A DNA stretch of 64,000 bases from an uncultured Eubacteriales bacterium (GCA_949289445.1 CASEOD010000028.1:14897-78896); one strand, 5' to 3'; numbered from the stretch's first letter, positions 10,166 to 20,264 are shown. Made by a program: numbers and translations. Notes: generated by a model from the letters alone, not told the origin.

Positions 10166-12124
10166 TTAACCTTCCTGTTCTGCCTGATGTTCTGCAATAA
10201 TCTTATCTGCAAGCTGCTTTGGAACTTCTTCGTATCTTTCGAATCTCATTTCGAATGTTCCTCTGCCCTGAGTCATGGAGCGAAGCACTAAAGCATAGTC
10301 AAAGAGTTCCGCCTGCGGCGCTTCTGCCAGAAGTTTCTGTCCGCCGCCCGGCTGAGGTTCCATACCAAGGATTTTTCCTCTTCTCTTGTTCATATCGCCC
10401 ATTACATCACCCATATAATCATCGGAAACATAGATTTCCATATGCATGATCGGCTCCAGCAAGCAAGGTTTTGCCTCTACAATACCTTTCTTGAATGCCA
10501 GAGAAGCTGCGATCTTGAAAGATACTTCGTTGGAGTCAACATCGTGGTAAGAGCCGTCGTAAAGCACAGCCTTTACGTTTACTACCTTACAGCCAGCCAG
10601 AGGACCCTTCTGCATACTTTCCAGCAGTCCTTTTTCAACTGCAGGCACATAGTTCTTAGGAATGGAACCGCCAAAGAGTTCTTCGGAGAATTCAAATTCC
10701 TTTTCAGAAGGGGAAAATCTGATATGTACATCACCGTACTGACCGGCGCCTCCGGACTGTTTCTTATGTTTACCCTGTACGTCAGAGCTGCCCTTAATGG
10801 TTTCTCTGTAAGCGATTTTCTGAGGAACAACCTTTACGTTTACGCCAAATCTGTCTTTCAGCTTAGCCATAATGATTCCCAACTGAATATCACCCTGACC
10901 TCCCAGAAGTGTCTGATGAGTTTCAGGATTTCTTTCAACTACAAAGGATGGATCTTCCTCTCTCAGTCTTGCCAGACCGGTTCCCATCTTTTCCTCGTCA
11001 TTCTTATCAGCAGCCTCAATTGCGATGTAGTACGTCGGAGAAGGATAATCCAGCGGGAGATATCTGATGATGTCTGACTTGTCACAAAGAGTGTCGCCTG
11101 AAACTGTATACTGCAGTTTTGCAACAGCTACAATATCTCCGGCTTCAGCGTAGTTCAGTTCCAGCTGCTCTTTTCCTCTCAGGAAGAACAGCTTGCCCAG
11201 CTTTTCAGTTTTTCCTGCTCTTTCGTTGAATACTTCTGTCCCTGAATTGATCTTTCCGGTAACTACCTTCATGATGGAAATCTTTCCAACAAACGGGTCA
11301 ACAATTGTCTTGAATACAAAGGCAGACATCGGTGCATCTGTCACAGACAGTCTTTCCACCGGTTCATTCTTGTCATTAAAGCCTGCATAAGGCCCATGCT
11401 GCAGTGGAGTCGGCACATAAGTCAGCAGCAGATCCAGCAGACCTTCAATACCCTGTCCCAGCTGGAATGCGGAAGAGCAAACCGGTACGATTACACCTTC
11501 GGAGATGCCTTTAACCAGACCGTTCTTGATCTCTTCATCAGAGAAATCTTCACCGTCAAAGTACTTTTCCATCAGAGCATCATCCGCCATAGCAATGGCC
11601 TCCTTCAGATCTTCGTCGATCTCTGCAGAAAGCGGCCAGCTGAACGGAATCAGCGTGTCCCCGAATTTTGCCTTCAGTTCATCAAAAGTTTTATAAAAGT
11701 CAAATTCATCCTTGTCTCGCTTGTTGATAACGATAAATCTAGGGGTTTTATATCTTTCGCAGGCATTCCATGCAGCCTCGGTACCAACCTGAACTCCTGC
11801 TCCTGCATCCACCAGAATTACAGCGGCTTCTGCTGCGCGCAGAGCTGCATTTACTTCTCCCACAAAGTCAAAATATCCCGGTGTATCTATAAAATTAATC
11901 TTGCTGTCTTTCCATTCGATTGGAACAACAGAAGTATTGATGGAATATCCTTTTTCAATTTCCATTTTGTCATAGTCAGAAACGGTATTTCCGTCTTCAA
12001 CCCTGCCCAGTTTCTTGATTACGCCTGTTGCAAGCAGTGCAGATTCGAGAAATGTCGTTTTACCGCATCCACCATGTCCTAATAAAGCAACGTTCCTGAT
12101 TGTTTCACTTGTGTAGCCTTTCAT
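10166..12124 (-). CDS. Elongation factor G-like protein (EF-G2 paralogue)
   Basis: GHGGCGKTT, DTPG, NKRD, KKQSGGAGQYG, GSYHDVDS; start ATG 12124 behind AGGAGG; divergent G2 (KGYSI). Confidence 0.93.
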   Translation of the reverse strand: MKGYTSETIRNVALLGHGGCGKTTFLESALLATGVIKKLGRVEDGNTVSDYDKMEIEKGYSINTSVVPIEWKDSKINFIDTPGYFDFVGEVNAALRAAEAAVILVDAGAGVQVGTEAAWNACERYKTPRFIVINKRDKDEFDFYKTFDELKAKFGDTLIPFSWPLSAEIDEDLKEAIAMADDALMEKYFDGEDFSDEEIKNGLVKGISEGVIVPVCSSAFQLGQGIEGLLDLLLTYVPTPLQHGPYAGFNDKNEPVERLSVTDAPMSAFVFKTIVDPFVGKISIMKVVTGKINSGTEVFNERAGKTEKLGKLFFLRGKEQLELNYAEAGDIVAVAKLQYTVSGDTLCDKSDIIRYLPLDYPSPTYYIAIEAADKNDEEKMGTGLARLREEDPSFVVERNPETHQTLLGGQGDIQLGIIMAKLKDRFGVNVKVVPQKIAYRETIKGSSDVQGKHKKQSGGAGQYGDVHIRFSPSEKEFEFSEELFGGSIPKNYVPAVEKGLLESMQKGPLAGCKVVNVKAVLYDGSYHDVDSNEVSFKIAASLAFKKGIVEAKPCLLEPIMHMEIYVSDDYMGDVMGDMNKRRGKILGMEPQPGGGQKLLAEAPQAELFDYALVLRSMTQGRGTFEMRFERYEEVPKQLADKIIAEHQAEQEG

Positions 12125-12290
12125 TATAAGACCTCCTACATTAAATTTACAACTGTGAATAGTATAACATACTTGTCCCTTATAGTACAGTGAATTTTGG
12201 AATAGTATGAATATTTGGAGGCTTTTTCCAAAAAAAACGCATGGTTGAGGTTCTTCCTCCCATGCGTGCAGGCTCGCCTTGATTTCCGGT

Positions 12291-12392
12291 TCAGCCGTTG
12301 ATCGCCTCTGTAACAAGCAGTGCACAGAAACAAAGCCAGACAAATGCAAAAAAAGCCATAATAATTCTCAGCAGGATCTGTTTCTTTTTCAT
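12291..12392 (-). CDS. 33-aa single-pass membrane peptide (below ORF-track cut-off)
   Basis: MKKKQILLRIIMAFFAFVWLCFCALLVTEAING; AAGAGGGGGA RBS 8 nt upstream; own consensus promoter. Confidence 0.6.
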   Translation of the reverse strand: MKKKQILLRIIMAFFAFVWLCFCALLVTEAING

Positions 12393-12459
12393 ATTATAAT
12401 TCCCCCTCTTGCTGTAACCTCTGCCAATCCCTTAATTCTGCCGTGTCAGCTGTATCTTT

Positions 12460-12488
12460 ATAATATTCTGCCATTGAGACCGTGTCAA
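12460..12488 (-). promoter_or_regulatory. sigma70 promoter of the small peptide gene
   Basis: Minus strand TTGACA-17 nt-TATTAT. Confidence 0.65.
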
Positions 12489-12538
12489 TATATTGCTGAC
12501 CACAAAAAATGTTTTTCAAACAGTTTCTCCTGTACATC

Positions 12539-12567
12539 TTGACAGAACTTTCTCAGCTTTTTATCAT
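12539..12567 (+). promoter_or_regulatory. sigma70 promoter of the D-aminoacylase operon
   Basis: TTGACA-17 nt-TATCAT. Confidence 0.7.
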
Positions 12568-12588
12568 ATAGCCAAAGGTGGTGAAAAC

Positions 12589-14157
12589 ATGTATGACATT
12601 CTGATAAAAAATGTGCGAATCATTGACGGAACCGGCGCTCCATGGTATCGCGCCGATCTCGCCATCCGGGACGGAAAAATTGCTGAAATAGGAAGTCTCG
12701 GTTCCTGTCTTTCAAAAACTGAGTTCGATGGTGAAGATCTGTATCTGTCTCCCGGGTTCATCGATATTCATTCACACAGCGATACATCTCTGCCTCTGTA
12801 TCCGAGGGCAGAAAGCCGCATTTTCCAGGGGGTGACGACAGAAATAGGCGGCGACTGCGGTCTTTCGGCCGCACCTGTGAGTTCAGATCCCGCGAAAAGA
12901 AAACTGCTGAAAGATTATGTGGGCGATCTTCCCTATACCTGGAACTCCATGGGAGAATTTCTCAGCTACGTTGAAAGCTGCCGTCCCAGTGTCAATTTCG
13001 GCATGTCTGCGGGACACGGCACCATTCGCCTCAGCATCATGGGCTTTGAAGATCGGAAGGCAACAGCAGAAGAGCTGAAGCAGATGAAATCTCTTCTCCG
13101 TCAGTGTCTGGAAGACGGAGCTTTCTGCCTTTCCAGCGGTCTCATATATCCGCCGGGCTGTTACGCCGACACCGATGAACTTGCCGAACTTGCAGCAGAA
13201 CTGGTCCCTTACGGCGCCTATTACAAGACCCATATGCGAAATGAGGGTGATCAGGTCGTCTCCGCTCTTCAGGAAGCGCTTCAGGTATGCCGCTTTTCGG
13301 GAGCTCCCCTGCAGATCAATCATCATAAAGTTATCCGAAAATCCGGATGGCAGGTTCACTGCAAGACCACTGTAGCTATGATTGAGCAGGCAAGACGCCA
13401 GGGACTTGATGTTACGGCAGATCAGTATCCATACTGCGCCTCTTCCACGTCTCTGGACAGCAATGTTCCCCTCTGGGCTTTCGAGGGGGGAACCGAAGCC
13501 CTGATTCAGAGACTCAGTGACCCTTCTGTGCGCAGAAAGATTAAGGAGGAGACCAATCAAAGTCATGAAGGAAGATGGGGCGACATTTTCGTTTCCTATG
13601 CAGAAAGCTCAAAGAACCAGTGGACTGTGGGCAAATCCATCGAAGAGATTGCACAGCACAAAGGCTGTGCTCCTGCCGACGCCTGTTTTGATCTGATCAT
13701 TGAGGAACGCGGCAGAGTCAGCGAGATCAACTATGGCATGTGCGAAGAAGATATCACATATATCATGAAACAGCCGTTCACCATGATCGGTTCCGACGGC
13801 CAGGCTTATCCTATGGATTATCCGGGTCAGCCGCACCCCCGTTCTTACGGCACTTTCCCGAGAGTCCTCAGCCACTACTGCAGGGACCTTCAGCTCTTCC
13901 CACTGGAGACTGCCGTTCATAAAATGACTGGGCTGCCGGCTGCCAGACTGAAACTGCAGGACAGAGGTCTGATACGGCAGGGAATGTGGGCGGATTTGGT
14001 GATCTTCGATATTGACAGTCTCCGGGATGCTCCGACCTACAGTAATCCGAAACAGGTCTGTCCGGGAATCAGGCAGGTCTATGTCAACGGAGTTCTCACC
14101 GCTGACAGTGGAGTTCATACAAACGCCGCCGCAGGCAGAATTCTGAAAAGGAAATAA
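12589..14157 (+). CDS. N-acyl-D-amino-acid deacylase (D-aminoacylase)
   Basis: IIDGTGAP, PGFIDIHSHSD, QGVTTEIGGDCG, LIYPPG, HPRSYGTFPR; start ATG 12589 behind AAAGGTGGTG. Confidence 0.92.
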   Translation: MYDILIKNVRIIDGTGAPWYRADLAIRDGKIAEIGSLGSCLSKTEFDGEDLYLSPGFIDIHSHSDTSLPLYPRAESRIFQGVTTEIGGDCGLSAAPVSSDPAKRKLLKDYVGDLPYTWNSMGEFLSYVESCRPSVNFGMSAGHGTIRLSIMGFEDRKATAEELKQMKSLLRQCLEDGAFCLSSGLIYPPGCYADTDELAELAAELVPYGAYYKTHMRNEGDQVVSALQEALQVCRFSGAPLQINHHKVIRKSGWQVHCKTTVAMIEQARRQGLDVTADQYPYCASSTSLDSNVPLWAFEGGTEALIQRLSDPSVRRKIKEETNQSHEGRWGDIFVSYAESSKNQWTVGKSIEEIAQHKGCAPADACFDLIIEERGRVSEINYGMCEEDITYIMKQPFTMIGSDGQAYPMDYPGQPHPRSYGTFPRVLSHYCRDLQLFPLETAVHKMTGLPAARLKLQDRGLIRQGMWADLVIFDIDSLRDAPTYSNPKQVCPGIRQVYVNGVLTADSGVHTNAAAGRILKRK

Positions 14158-14172
14158 AGAAAGGTAAAAAAG

Positions 14173-15012
14173 ATGCTAAGCAGAGTCAAACAGGATATTC
14201 TGAAGCAGATAAAATCGATGGACGGACAGACCGCCATCTGTTATAAAAACCTGATTACCGGAGAGACCTTCGGATACCGTGAAGAGGAATCTTTTCTTCC
14301 CGCCAGCATTGTAAAGCTGCCCCTGATGGCGGCCATTCTGCTCATGGAGCAGGATGGAAGTACCGCTCCGGATGATTTAATCACCGTTTACGACCGGGAA
14401 AAAGTGCCAGGCTGCGGTGCAGTTCAGCATATGACAGGAGATGTAACTCTGGACATCCGCACACTGTCAAAACTGATGATTACCATCAGCGACACTACAG
14501 CCACCAATGCGCTGTTCAGACATTACGGTTCTGAACAAATCGGACAGGCATTCAACCGGCTGGGGCTTTCCGGCACAGTTTTCCGCCGTGCATACTGGGA
14601 TGAAGCAGCAGAAAAAAAGGGAATTCAGAATTATTTCGTTCCGAAAGAAATGTGTATGCTTCTGGAGCAGATGTTTTTCAGAAAGCTGATCAGCCCCAAG
14701 GCATCCGCACAACTGGAAGCCCTGCTTCTTCAGCAGCAGATCAATCACAAACTGGGCGGATTTCTTCCTGCGGATTTCCCCATTGCCCACAAAACCGGCG
14801 AGGAGGAGGACAAAACCCATGATGTGGGAATTGTCTATACAAAGGAACCTTTTGTCATCTGTTTTGCTTCCTGCGGCGCCGACATTCCCGCTTTCGAAAA
14901 CTTCATCAGGCAGTCAACGCTGAATCTGGCTCTGGAAATTGATCCGGACCTGCAGCCGGGACACAGATTTACAGATGAAGTCGTATCTGCCTCTTTCGTC
15001 TGTTCCGGATAA
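14173..15012 (+). CDS. Class A beta-lactamase-fold serine hydrolase, no signal peptide
   Basis: SxxK (ASIVK), SDT in place of SDN, HKTG, HDVGIV. Confidence 0.85.
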   Translation: MLSRVKQDILKQIKSMDGQTAICYKNLITGETFGYREEESFLPASIVKLPLMAAILLMEQDGSTAPDDLITVYDREKVPGCGAVQHMTGDVTLDIRTLSKLMITISDTTATNALFRHYGSEQIGQAFNRLGLSGTVFRRAYWDEAAEKKGIQNYFVPKEMCMLLEQMFFRKLISPKASAQLEALLLQQQINHKLGGFLPADFPIAHKTGEEEDKTHDVGIVYTKEPFVICFASCGADIPAFENFIRQSTLNLALEIDPDLQPGHRFTDEVVSASFVCSG

Positions 15013-15041
15013 ATCCGGCACTCCGATAAAAACGCCCGCCA

Positions 15042-15078
15042 AAAAGGAAGTACCGCTCAATAAAGCGATACTTCCTTT
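15042..15078. terminator. Bidirectional terminator between convergent operons
   Basis: AAAGGAAGTA.CGCT-loop-AGCG.TACTTCCTTT. Confidence 0.6.
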
Positions 15079-15130
15079 CATATTTCACCTTAATCAGTCG
15101 ATGTACATTCTAATTGACTCCAAATCACCA

Positions 15131-16156
15131 TTACAGGAATTCCTGCAAAGCGTGCAGGGTTTTGTTGCGGATTCCCGTAACCTGTTTTGCGTGATAGAGG
15201 GAGCTGATCACAGCCTCTTCCACCGCTTCTGCCACAGCCTCAAAGACAGGGTCCAGTGAATCATCATGAATCATCTTCAAATCCACAATTCCCGATTTCG
15301 AATAATGTGGTATGTGATTGGCGGTGGAAAACGCAATCGCAATATCTCCGCTTCCGTTTCCAAGATAGGAACCTGTTCTTCCCAGTCCTACAGTTGCTCT
15401 TCTGGAAACTCTGCGAAGCTGTCTGGCGCTGAGAGGCAAATCTGTTCCGATCACAATGATCACAGACCCCTTATCTTTTTCTTCCTCTTCACTGATGGGC
15501 GTTTCGATTCTCATGCCGTCAATTCTCAGATTACCCAAAACTCCGAAATTTGACATCAGGAGTGTACCTATCACATATTCTTTCTCACCGATCTTTACCT
15601 GTCTGGATGATGAGCCTATACCGCCCTTCAGGCCCATACAGCACATGCCTGTTCCCGAACCGACAGCGCCTTCTTCAAAATCCTCAGCAGTATTGTTCAA
15701 AGCTTTCAGGACATGCTCCTCAGTCACATGCATGCCCCTGATGTCATTGAGCACTCCGTCATTACATTCGGTTACCACGCAGTTTATGGTACAGGTGGAT
15801 ACTCCGATGTCCTCATTCTGTTCCAGCATATACTTCAATGAAGCATTTACTGCGGTTCCCACACTGAAGGTATTGGTCATTACAATCGGAGATTCTATGG
15901 TTCCCAGTTCCTCTATCTGAACCAGACCTGCACTTTTGCCGAATCCGTTGATAACAGAAACCCCGGCTGCCACCTTGTCCTGAAACAGATTTCCTCCGTG
16001 AGGTAAAATGGCAGTAACTCCGGTATATATGTGTTTCTTTTCGTCTTCCAGGGTTACCTGACCCACCGTAACGCCCGGAACATCTGTAATTTTATTTTTC
16101 TTTCCCTTAGGGTATTTGTTCGTCAGATTGACCTTGCTGTTTTCAGGCATCCCCAT
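15131..16156 (-). CDS. DmpA/P1-family L-aminopeptidase/D-Ala-esterase-amidase (peptidase S58)
   Basis: ITDVPGVTVG, NGFGKSAG, ECNDGVLNDI, KGGIGSSSR, autocleavage G|S (KGSVII), NGSGD. Confidence 0.9.
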   Translation of the reverse strand: MGMPENSKVNLTNKYPKGKKNKITDVPGVTVGQVTLEDEKKHIYTGVTAILPHGGNLFQDKVAAGVSVINGFGKSAGLVQIEELGTIESPIVMTNTFSVGTAVNASLKYMLEQNEDIGVSTCTINCVVTECNDGVLNDIRGMHVTEEHVLKALNNTAEDFEEGAVGSGTGMCCMGLKGGIGSSSRQVKIGEKEYVIGTLLMSNFGVLGNLRIDGMRIETPISEEEEKDKGSVIIVIGTDLPLSARQLRRVSRRATVGLGRTGSYLGNGSGDIAIAFSTANHIPHYSKSGIVDLKMIHDDSLDPVFEAVAEAVEEAVISSLYHAKQVTGIRNKTLHALQEFL

Positions 16157-16266
16157 ATTTTACCTCCTTAAAAAATAACTATGTATCGCAATGATTATGT
16201 GTCATATTGTTTATCCGTTGAATTCTCTGTTTTGGCTCTGCTGCCATGGATTTCTTTCCGGATATG

Positions 16267-17244
16267 TTACAGCAGATGGCAGGCGGCAAGTCTTCCCGGT
16301 TCTATTTCCTTCAGCTCCGGAGCCTCTTTGCTGCATTTTTCTGTGGCATAAGGACAGCGGGTTCTGAAATAACATCCGCTTGGAGGATTTACAGGACTTG
16401 GAATCTCTCCGGTCAGCATGTCCTTTGCTTCTTTACGCACCTGCGGATCAGGCACCGGTACCGCTTCCAGAAGGAATTTTGTATACGGATGTGCAGGACG
16501 ATCATAGATATCTCTGGTGATACCCAGTTCACATACCTTTCCCAGAAACATGACGCAGACCCGATCAGACAGATATCTGACAACCGACAGATCATGAGAG
16601 ATAAACACATAGGTCAGATTCATCTCCTGCTGCAGATCTCCCAGAAGATTCAGTATCTGTGACTGAATGGACACGTCCAGCGCCGATACCGGTTCATCAC
16701 AGACGATGAGTCTCGGATTCAATGCCAATGCTCTTGCAATGCTGACTCTCTGTCTCTGTCCGCCGGAAAACTGATGCGGATACCGGTACATAAACTCCGG
16801 ACGAATTCCTGTCTTTCTCAGGAGATCCTCCACAATGGCAGCGCTTTCTTCTTTTGTCTTAACGATATTGTGCGTAACCAGCGGCTCTGCAACAATATCC
16901 CGTATTTTCAGCCTTGGATTCAAAGATGCGTAAGGGTCCTGAAAGACCATCTGCATCTGTTTTCTCATCTCACGAAGTTCTTCACTTTTAAGGCTGTTCA
17001 GATTTTTATCCTCAAAAAACACCTCACCTCTGGTAGGTTCCAGCAGTCTGAGGATCAGCCTGCCAAGTGTGGACTTTCCGCATCCCGATTCTCCTACGAC
17101 TCCTAATGTCTCTCCTTCATAAATCTGCAGATTTACATCCGTCACCGCATGAACCGTTCCGGAGTTTTTTCCCCAGGAACCGGATTTTGTCTTAAATTCT
17201 TTTGTAAGATTTTTGGTTTCAACCAGGACTTTTTTATTTTCCAT
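16267..17244 (-). CDS. oppF: Oligopeptide ABC transporter ATP-binding subunit
   Basis: GESGCGKST, FSGGQRQR, DEPVSALD and C-terminal PPSGCYFRTRC. Confidence 0.92.
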   Translation of the reverse strand: MENKKVLVETKNLTKEFKTKSGSWGKNSGTVHAVTDVNLQIYEGETLGVVGESGCGKSTLGRLILRLLEPTRGEVFFEDKNLNSLKSEELREMRKQMQMVFQDPYASLNPRLKIRDIVAEPLVTHNIVKTKEESAAIVEDLLRKTGIRPEFMYRYPHQFSGGQRQRVSIARALALNPRLIVCDEPVSALDVSIQSQILNLLGDLQQEMNLTYVFISHDLSVVRYLSDRVCVMFLGKVCELGITRDIYDRPAHPYTKFLLEAVPVPDPQVRKEAKDMLTGEIPSPVNPPSGCYFRTRCPYATEKCSKEAPELKEIEPGRLAACHLL

Positions 17245-18232
17245 GATTCATCACCTCTTTGTTATACAAGAAGCATCTCACTTTGTGTCCGTCTTCCGCT
17301 TCATAAAGTTCCGGCTGGTACATGGTGCAGACTTTCATTGCCTTATCGCACCGTGGACAGAATCTGCAGCCCTGAGGCAGATTCAGCAGATTCGGTACCA
17401 GTCCTTTTATCGTATACAGATGCTCCTTGCTTTCGGTCAGCTTCGGAATCGAGTTCATCAGTCCGTAGGTATAAGGATGGAGAGGTTTTCGGAAAATCTC
17501 TTCTACCGGAGCCTCTTCCATGATTTTTCCCGCATACATGACATAGACATAATCGCAGGATTCGGCCACAACGCCCAGATTATGCGTAATCATGACAACT
17601 GCTGTTCCCTGTTCCTTCTGAAGCTGATTCATCAGATAAAGAATCTGTGCTTCGATGGTAACATCCAGAGCAGTAGTCGGCTCGTCAGCGATCATCAGCT
17701 GAGGATTGCATACCATGGCCATTCCTATCATCACTCTCTGACGCAGTCCGCCGGAAAGCTGATGTGGATACGCGCCGTACCGCTTTTCCGGTTCCGGGAT
17801 TCCTACCTTGCGAAAGATATCGATGGCTCTTCTCTTCGCCTCTTCTTTCGTTACAGATTCATGAATCAGAATTGCTTCCGAAACCTGCCTTCCAATGGTG
17901 AACACCGGATTGAGGGAGGTCATCGGCTCCTGAAATATCATAGAGATACGGTTGCCTCTGATATCATCCATCTCCGATTTGGTCTTTTCCAGAAGATTCT
18001 CGCCGTTCAGCAGAATCTCTCCGGCAACGACTCTGCCGGGATACTGAAGCAGCTGCATTACAGACATTGCAGTCATACTTTTTCCGCAGCCTGATTCCCC
18101 TACCAGACCGACAGCTTCACCTTTCTTCACCGCAATATCCACACCGTCTACTGCGGGAACTACACCTTTGGATGTAAAGAACTGAGTTCTCAGTCCTTTT
18201 ATCTGAAGAATTGTCTCATTACTTTTCATCAT
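17234..18232 (-). CDS. oppD: Oligopeptide ABC transporter ATP-binding subunit
   Basis: GESGCGKSMT, LSGGLRQR, ADEPTTALD, GCRFCPRC. Confidence 0.92.
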   Translation of the reverse strand: MMKSNETILQIKGLRTQFFTSKGVVPAVDGVDIAVKKGEAVGLVGESGCGKSMTAMSVMQLLQYPGRVVAGEILLNGENLLEKTKSEMDDIRGNRISMIFQEPMTSLNPVFTIGRQVSEAILIHESVTKEEAKRRAIDIFRKVGIPEPEKRYGAYPHQLSGGLRQRVMIGMAMVCNPQLMIADEPTTALDVTIEAQILYLMNQLQKEQGTAVVMITHNLGVVAESCDYVYVMYAGKIMEEAPVEEIFRKPLHPYTYGLMNSIPKLTESKEHLYTIKGLVPNLLNLPQGCRFCPRCDKAMKVCTMYQPELYEAEDGHKVRCFLYNKEVMNHGK

Positions 18233-18246
18233 ATCACCTGCCTGTC

Positions 18247-19245
18247 TTAGTCCTTCAGCGATGGATCCAGCTTATCCCGCAATGCATCGCCAAGGAAGTT
18301 AAATGCCACAACCAGAATCAGAATGGCAATACCGGGTGCCAGCGTTGCAACAGGTGAAGAGGATAAGAATTTCTTCATCTGGTATACCAGAAGCCCCCAG
18401 CTGGTTGAAGGTGGCTGAGCGCCAATCCCCAGGAAGGACAGACTGGACTCAGTCAGAATATTTCCCGGCACATTCATGGTAAACAGCACGATCAGAGTCG
18501 GCACACAGTTGGGCAGAATATGGCGAATCATAATGGTCCACTTCTTTACACCGATGGAAGTTGCCGCTTCAACATATTCTTTCTCCCTCAGGGACAGAAC
18601 TTCAGAACGTACCACTCTGGCAGTTCCTGCCCAGCTTACAAAACTGAGGGCGATGAAGATAGTCAGCAGCCCGTTGCCCAGTGTATAGGAAACCAGCATT
18701 GCCAGAAGCAGAGATGGGAATGCCATCAGAACGTCGGCAAGACGCATGATGATGGAGTCCGTCTTTCCTCCGATAAAACCGGCGATGAGTCCCAGCACTG
18801 TTCCGATAATCATGGAGATTAAGGTCGGAATCAGGCCGATCATCAGGGAAACCCTGCCTCCGTAAAGCATTCTGCTGAAAATGTCTCTTCCATAGTTGTC
18901 TGTACCCAGCCAGTTTTCGGCAGATGGATCAGAAAGTCGTTTTGACAGATCCTGCGCATACGGATCGCACGGTGCGATAATCGGCGCCAGCAGTGTGGCA
19001 AGTATAAAAATCACAATAATAATAGCGGATACCAGAGCCAGTTTGTTATTTCGGAACATGCTGAAAATCTGTTCCTTCAAAGTTTCATCAGGCGCAATCT
19101 CCGCTTCCGCCTTTTCCTCGACGACTACCGGTTCTGTAGCGTCTTCCGGTATCCAGTCGGTACCGGCAGGAGGCATCTTTCCGAACCCTTCTGAGATTCT
19201 GGCAGCCAGCAGTTCAGCCGCTTTATCTGTTTTTCTGAGTTTCAT
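18247..19245 (-). CDS. oppC: Oligopeptide ABC transporter permease
   Basis: LGTDNYGRD, EYVEAA, RHILPN, ESSLSFLG; start ATG 19245 behind AAAGGAGG. Confidence 0.92.
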   Translation of the reverse strand: MKLRKTDKAAELLAARISEGFGKMPPAGTDWIPEDATEPVVVEEKAEAEIAPDETLKEQIFSMFRNNKLALVSAIIIVIFILATLLAPIIAPCDPYAQDLSKRLSDPSAENWLGTDNYGRDIFSRMLYGGRVSLMIGLIPTLISMIIGTVLGLIAGFIGGKTDSIIMRLADVLMAFPSLLLAMLVSYTLGNGLLTIFIALSFVSWAGTARVVRSEVLSLREKEYVEAATSIGVKKWTIMIRHILPNCVPTLIVLFTMNVPGNILTESSLSFLGIGAQPPSTSWGLLVYQMKKFLSSSPVATLAPGIAILILVVAFNFLGDALRDKLDPSLKD

Positions 19246-19258
19246 TCTTTCGCCTCCT

Positions 19259-20179
19259 TTACTGTTCTCTGATCTTCGGATCAAGGAAAGAGTACAGAAT
19301 ATCTGCCACCAGATTACCCAGGATGATAATCAAAGTGGACAGAATTACCGATCCCTGCAGCAGAGGCATGTCTCTGTTGTTTACTGCAGAAACCATCAGC
19401 ATTCCGATTCCTCCGATACCAAATACCGATTCCGTGATAACCGCTCCCGAAAGCAGACTGGCAAACTGCATTGCCATCATGGTTACAACCGGAATCAGCG
19501 CATTTTTCAATCCGTGTCTTACCACCACCAGCATTTCTTTCAGTCCCTTTGCCCGTGCGGTTCTGATATAATCGTTTTTCATGATTCCCAGAAGACTGGA
19601 TCTGGTCAGACGGGCAATTGTACCGGACGATGCCCAGCCCAGAACCAGAGCCGGCAGAACCATATGGGACACGGTGGAATAGCCGGAAATCGGAAGAATG
19701 TGCAGTGTATAACCGAATATGTACTGCAGCAGCATTGCGGCCCAGAATACCGGCAGAGAAATACCGACCAGAGAAAATCCCATTAAGAATCTGTCCAGCA
19801 GAGAATTCTTTTTGATTGCAGAAATAATTCCTGCCGGAATTCCGATGAGCCATGCCACCAGAGCCGAAGTAATGGCCAGTTTCAGTGTGTTTGGGAAAGC
19901 TTCAGCGATCAGTGAATTGATCGGCCGATTCAGTTTATAGGAAGTACCCAGATCACCCTGTACCGCATCGACCAGATATCTGCCGAAACGGACCAGTGTC
20001 GGATCATTTAAGCCCATTTCTTCGGTAACTCTTTCAATAACAGCAGGGCTGGCTTTCTCTCCCATCATAACAGATACCGGATTTCCCGGCAGAACCTGCA
20101 GCATCAGGAAGATGATAAGAATTACCGCAATAATCAAGGGTATGGATATGAGAATGCGCTTGGTAATATATTTAAGCAT
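19259..20179 (-). CDS. oppB: Oligopeptide ABC transporter permease
   Basis: GDLGTSY, DYIRTARAKG, GAVITESVF, RDMPLLQG. Confidence 0.92.
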   Translation of the reverse strand: MLKYITKRILISIPLIIAVILIIFLMLQVLPGNPVSVMMGEKASPAVIERVTEEMGLNDPTLVRFGRYLVDAVQGDLGTSYKLNRPINSLIAEAFPNTLKLAITSALVAWLIGIPAGIISAIKKNSLLDRFLMGFSLVGISLPVFWAAMLLQYIFGYTLHILPISGYSTVSHMVLPALVLGWASSGTIARLTRSSLLGIMKNDYIRTARAKGLKEMLVVVRHGLKNALIPVVTMMAMQFASLLSGAVITESVFGIGGIGMLMVSAVNNRDMPLLQGSVILSTLIIILGNLVADILYSFLDPKIREQ

Positions 20180-20230
20180 GCGTTTCCTCCTTTCGTATCA
20201 GACTTGTCTTTCCGGTGAAAATATCGGTAA

Positions 20231-20264
20231 AAAGAGATTACCCTCTTACTGAGGATAATCTCTT
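20231..20264 (-). promoter_or_regulatory. Intercistronic stem-loop between oppA and oppB (mRNA stabiliser or attenuator)
   Basis: AAGAGATTA.CCTC-loop-GAGG.TAATCTCTT. Confidence 0.5.

Noticed and set aside
12125-12349. N-terminal extension of the EF-G-like ORF in the track (similar extensions on oppA, birA, nhaC, D-aminoacylase)
   Set aside because: Downstream ATGs have proper RBSs and match family N-termini; the extensions overlap promoters
14173-15012. Beta-lactam resistance gene
   Set aside because: No export signal, SDN altered, metabolic context, no mobile element nearby
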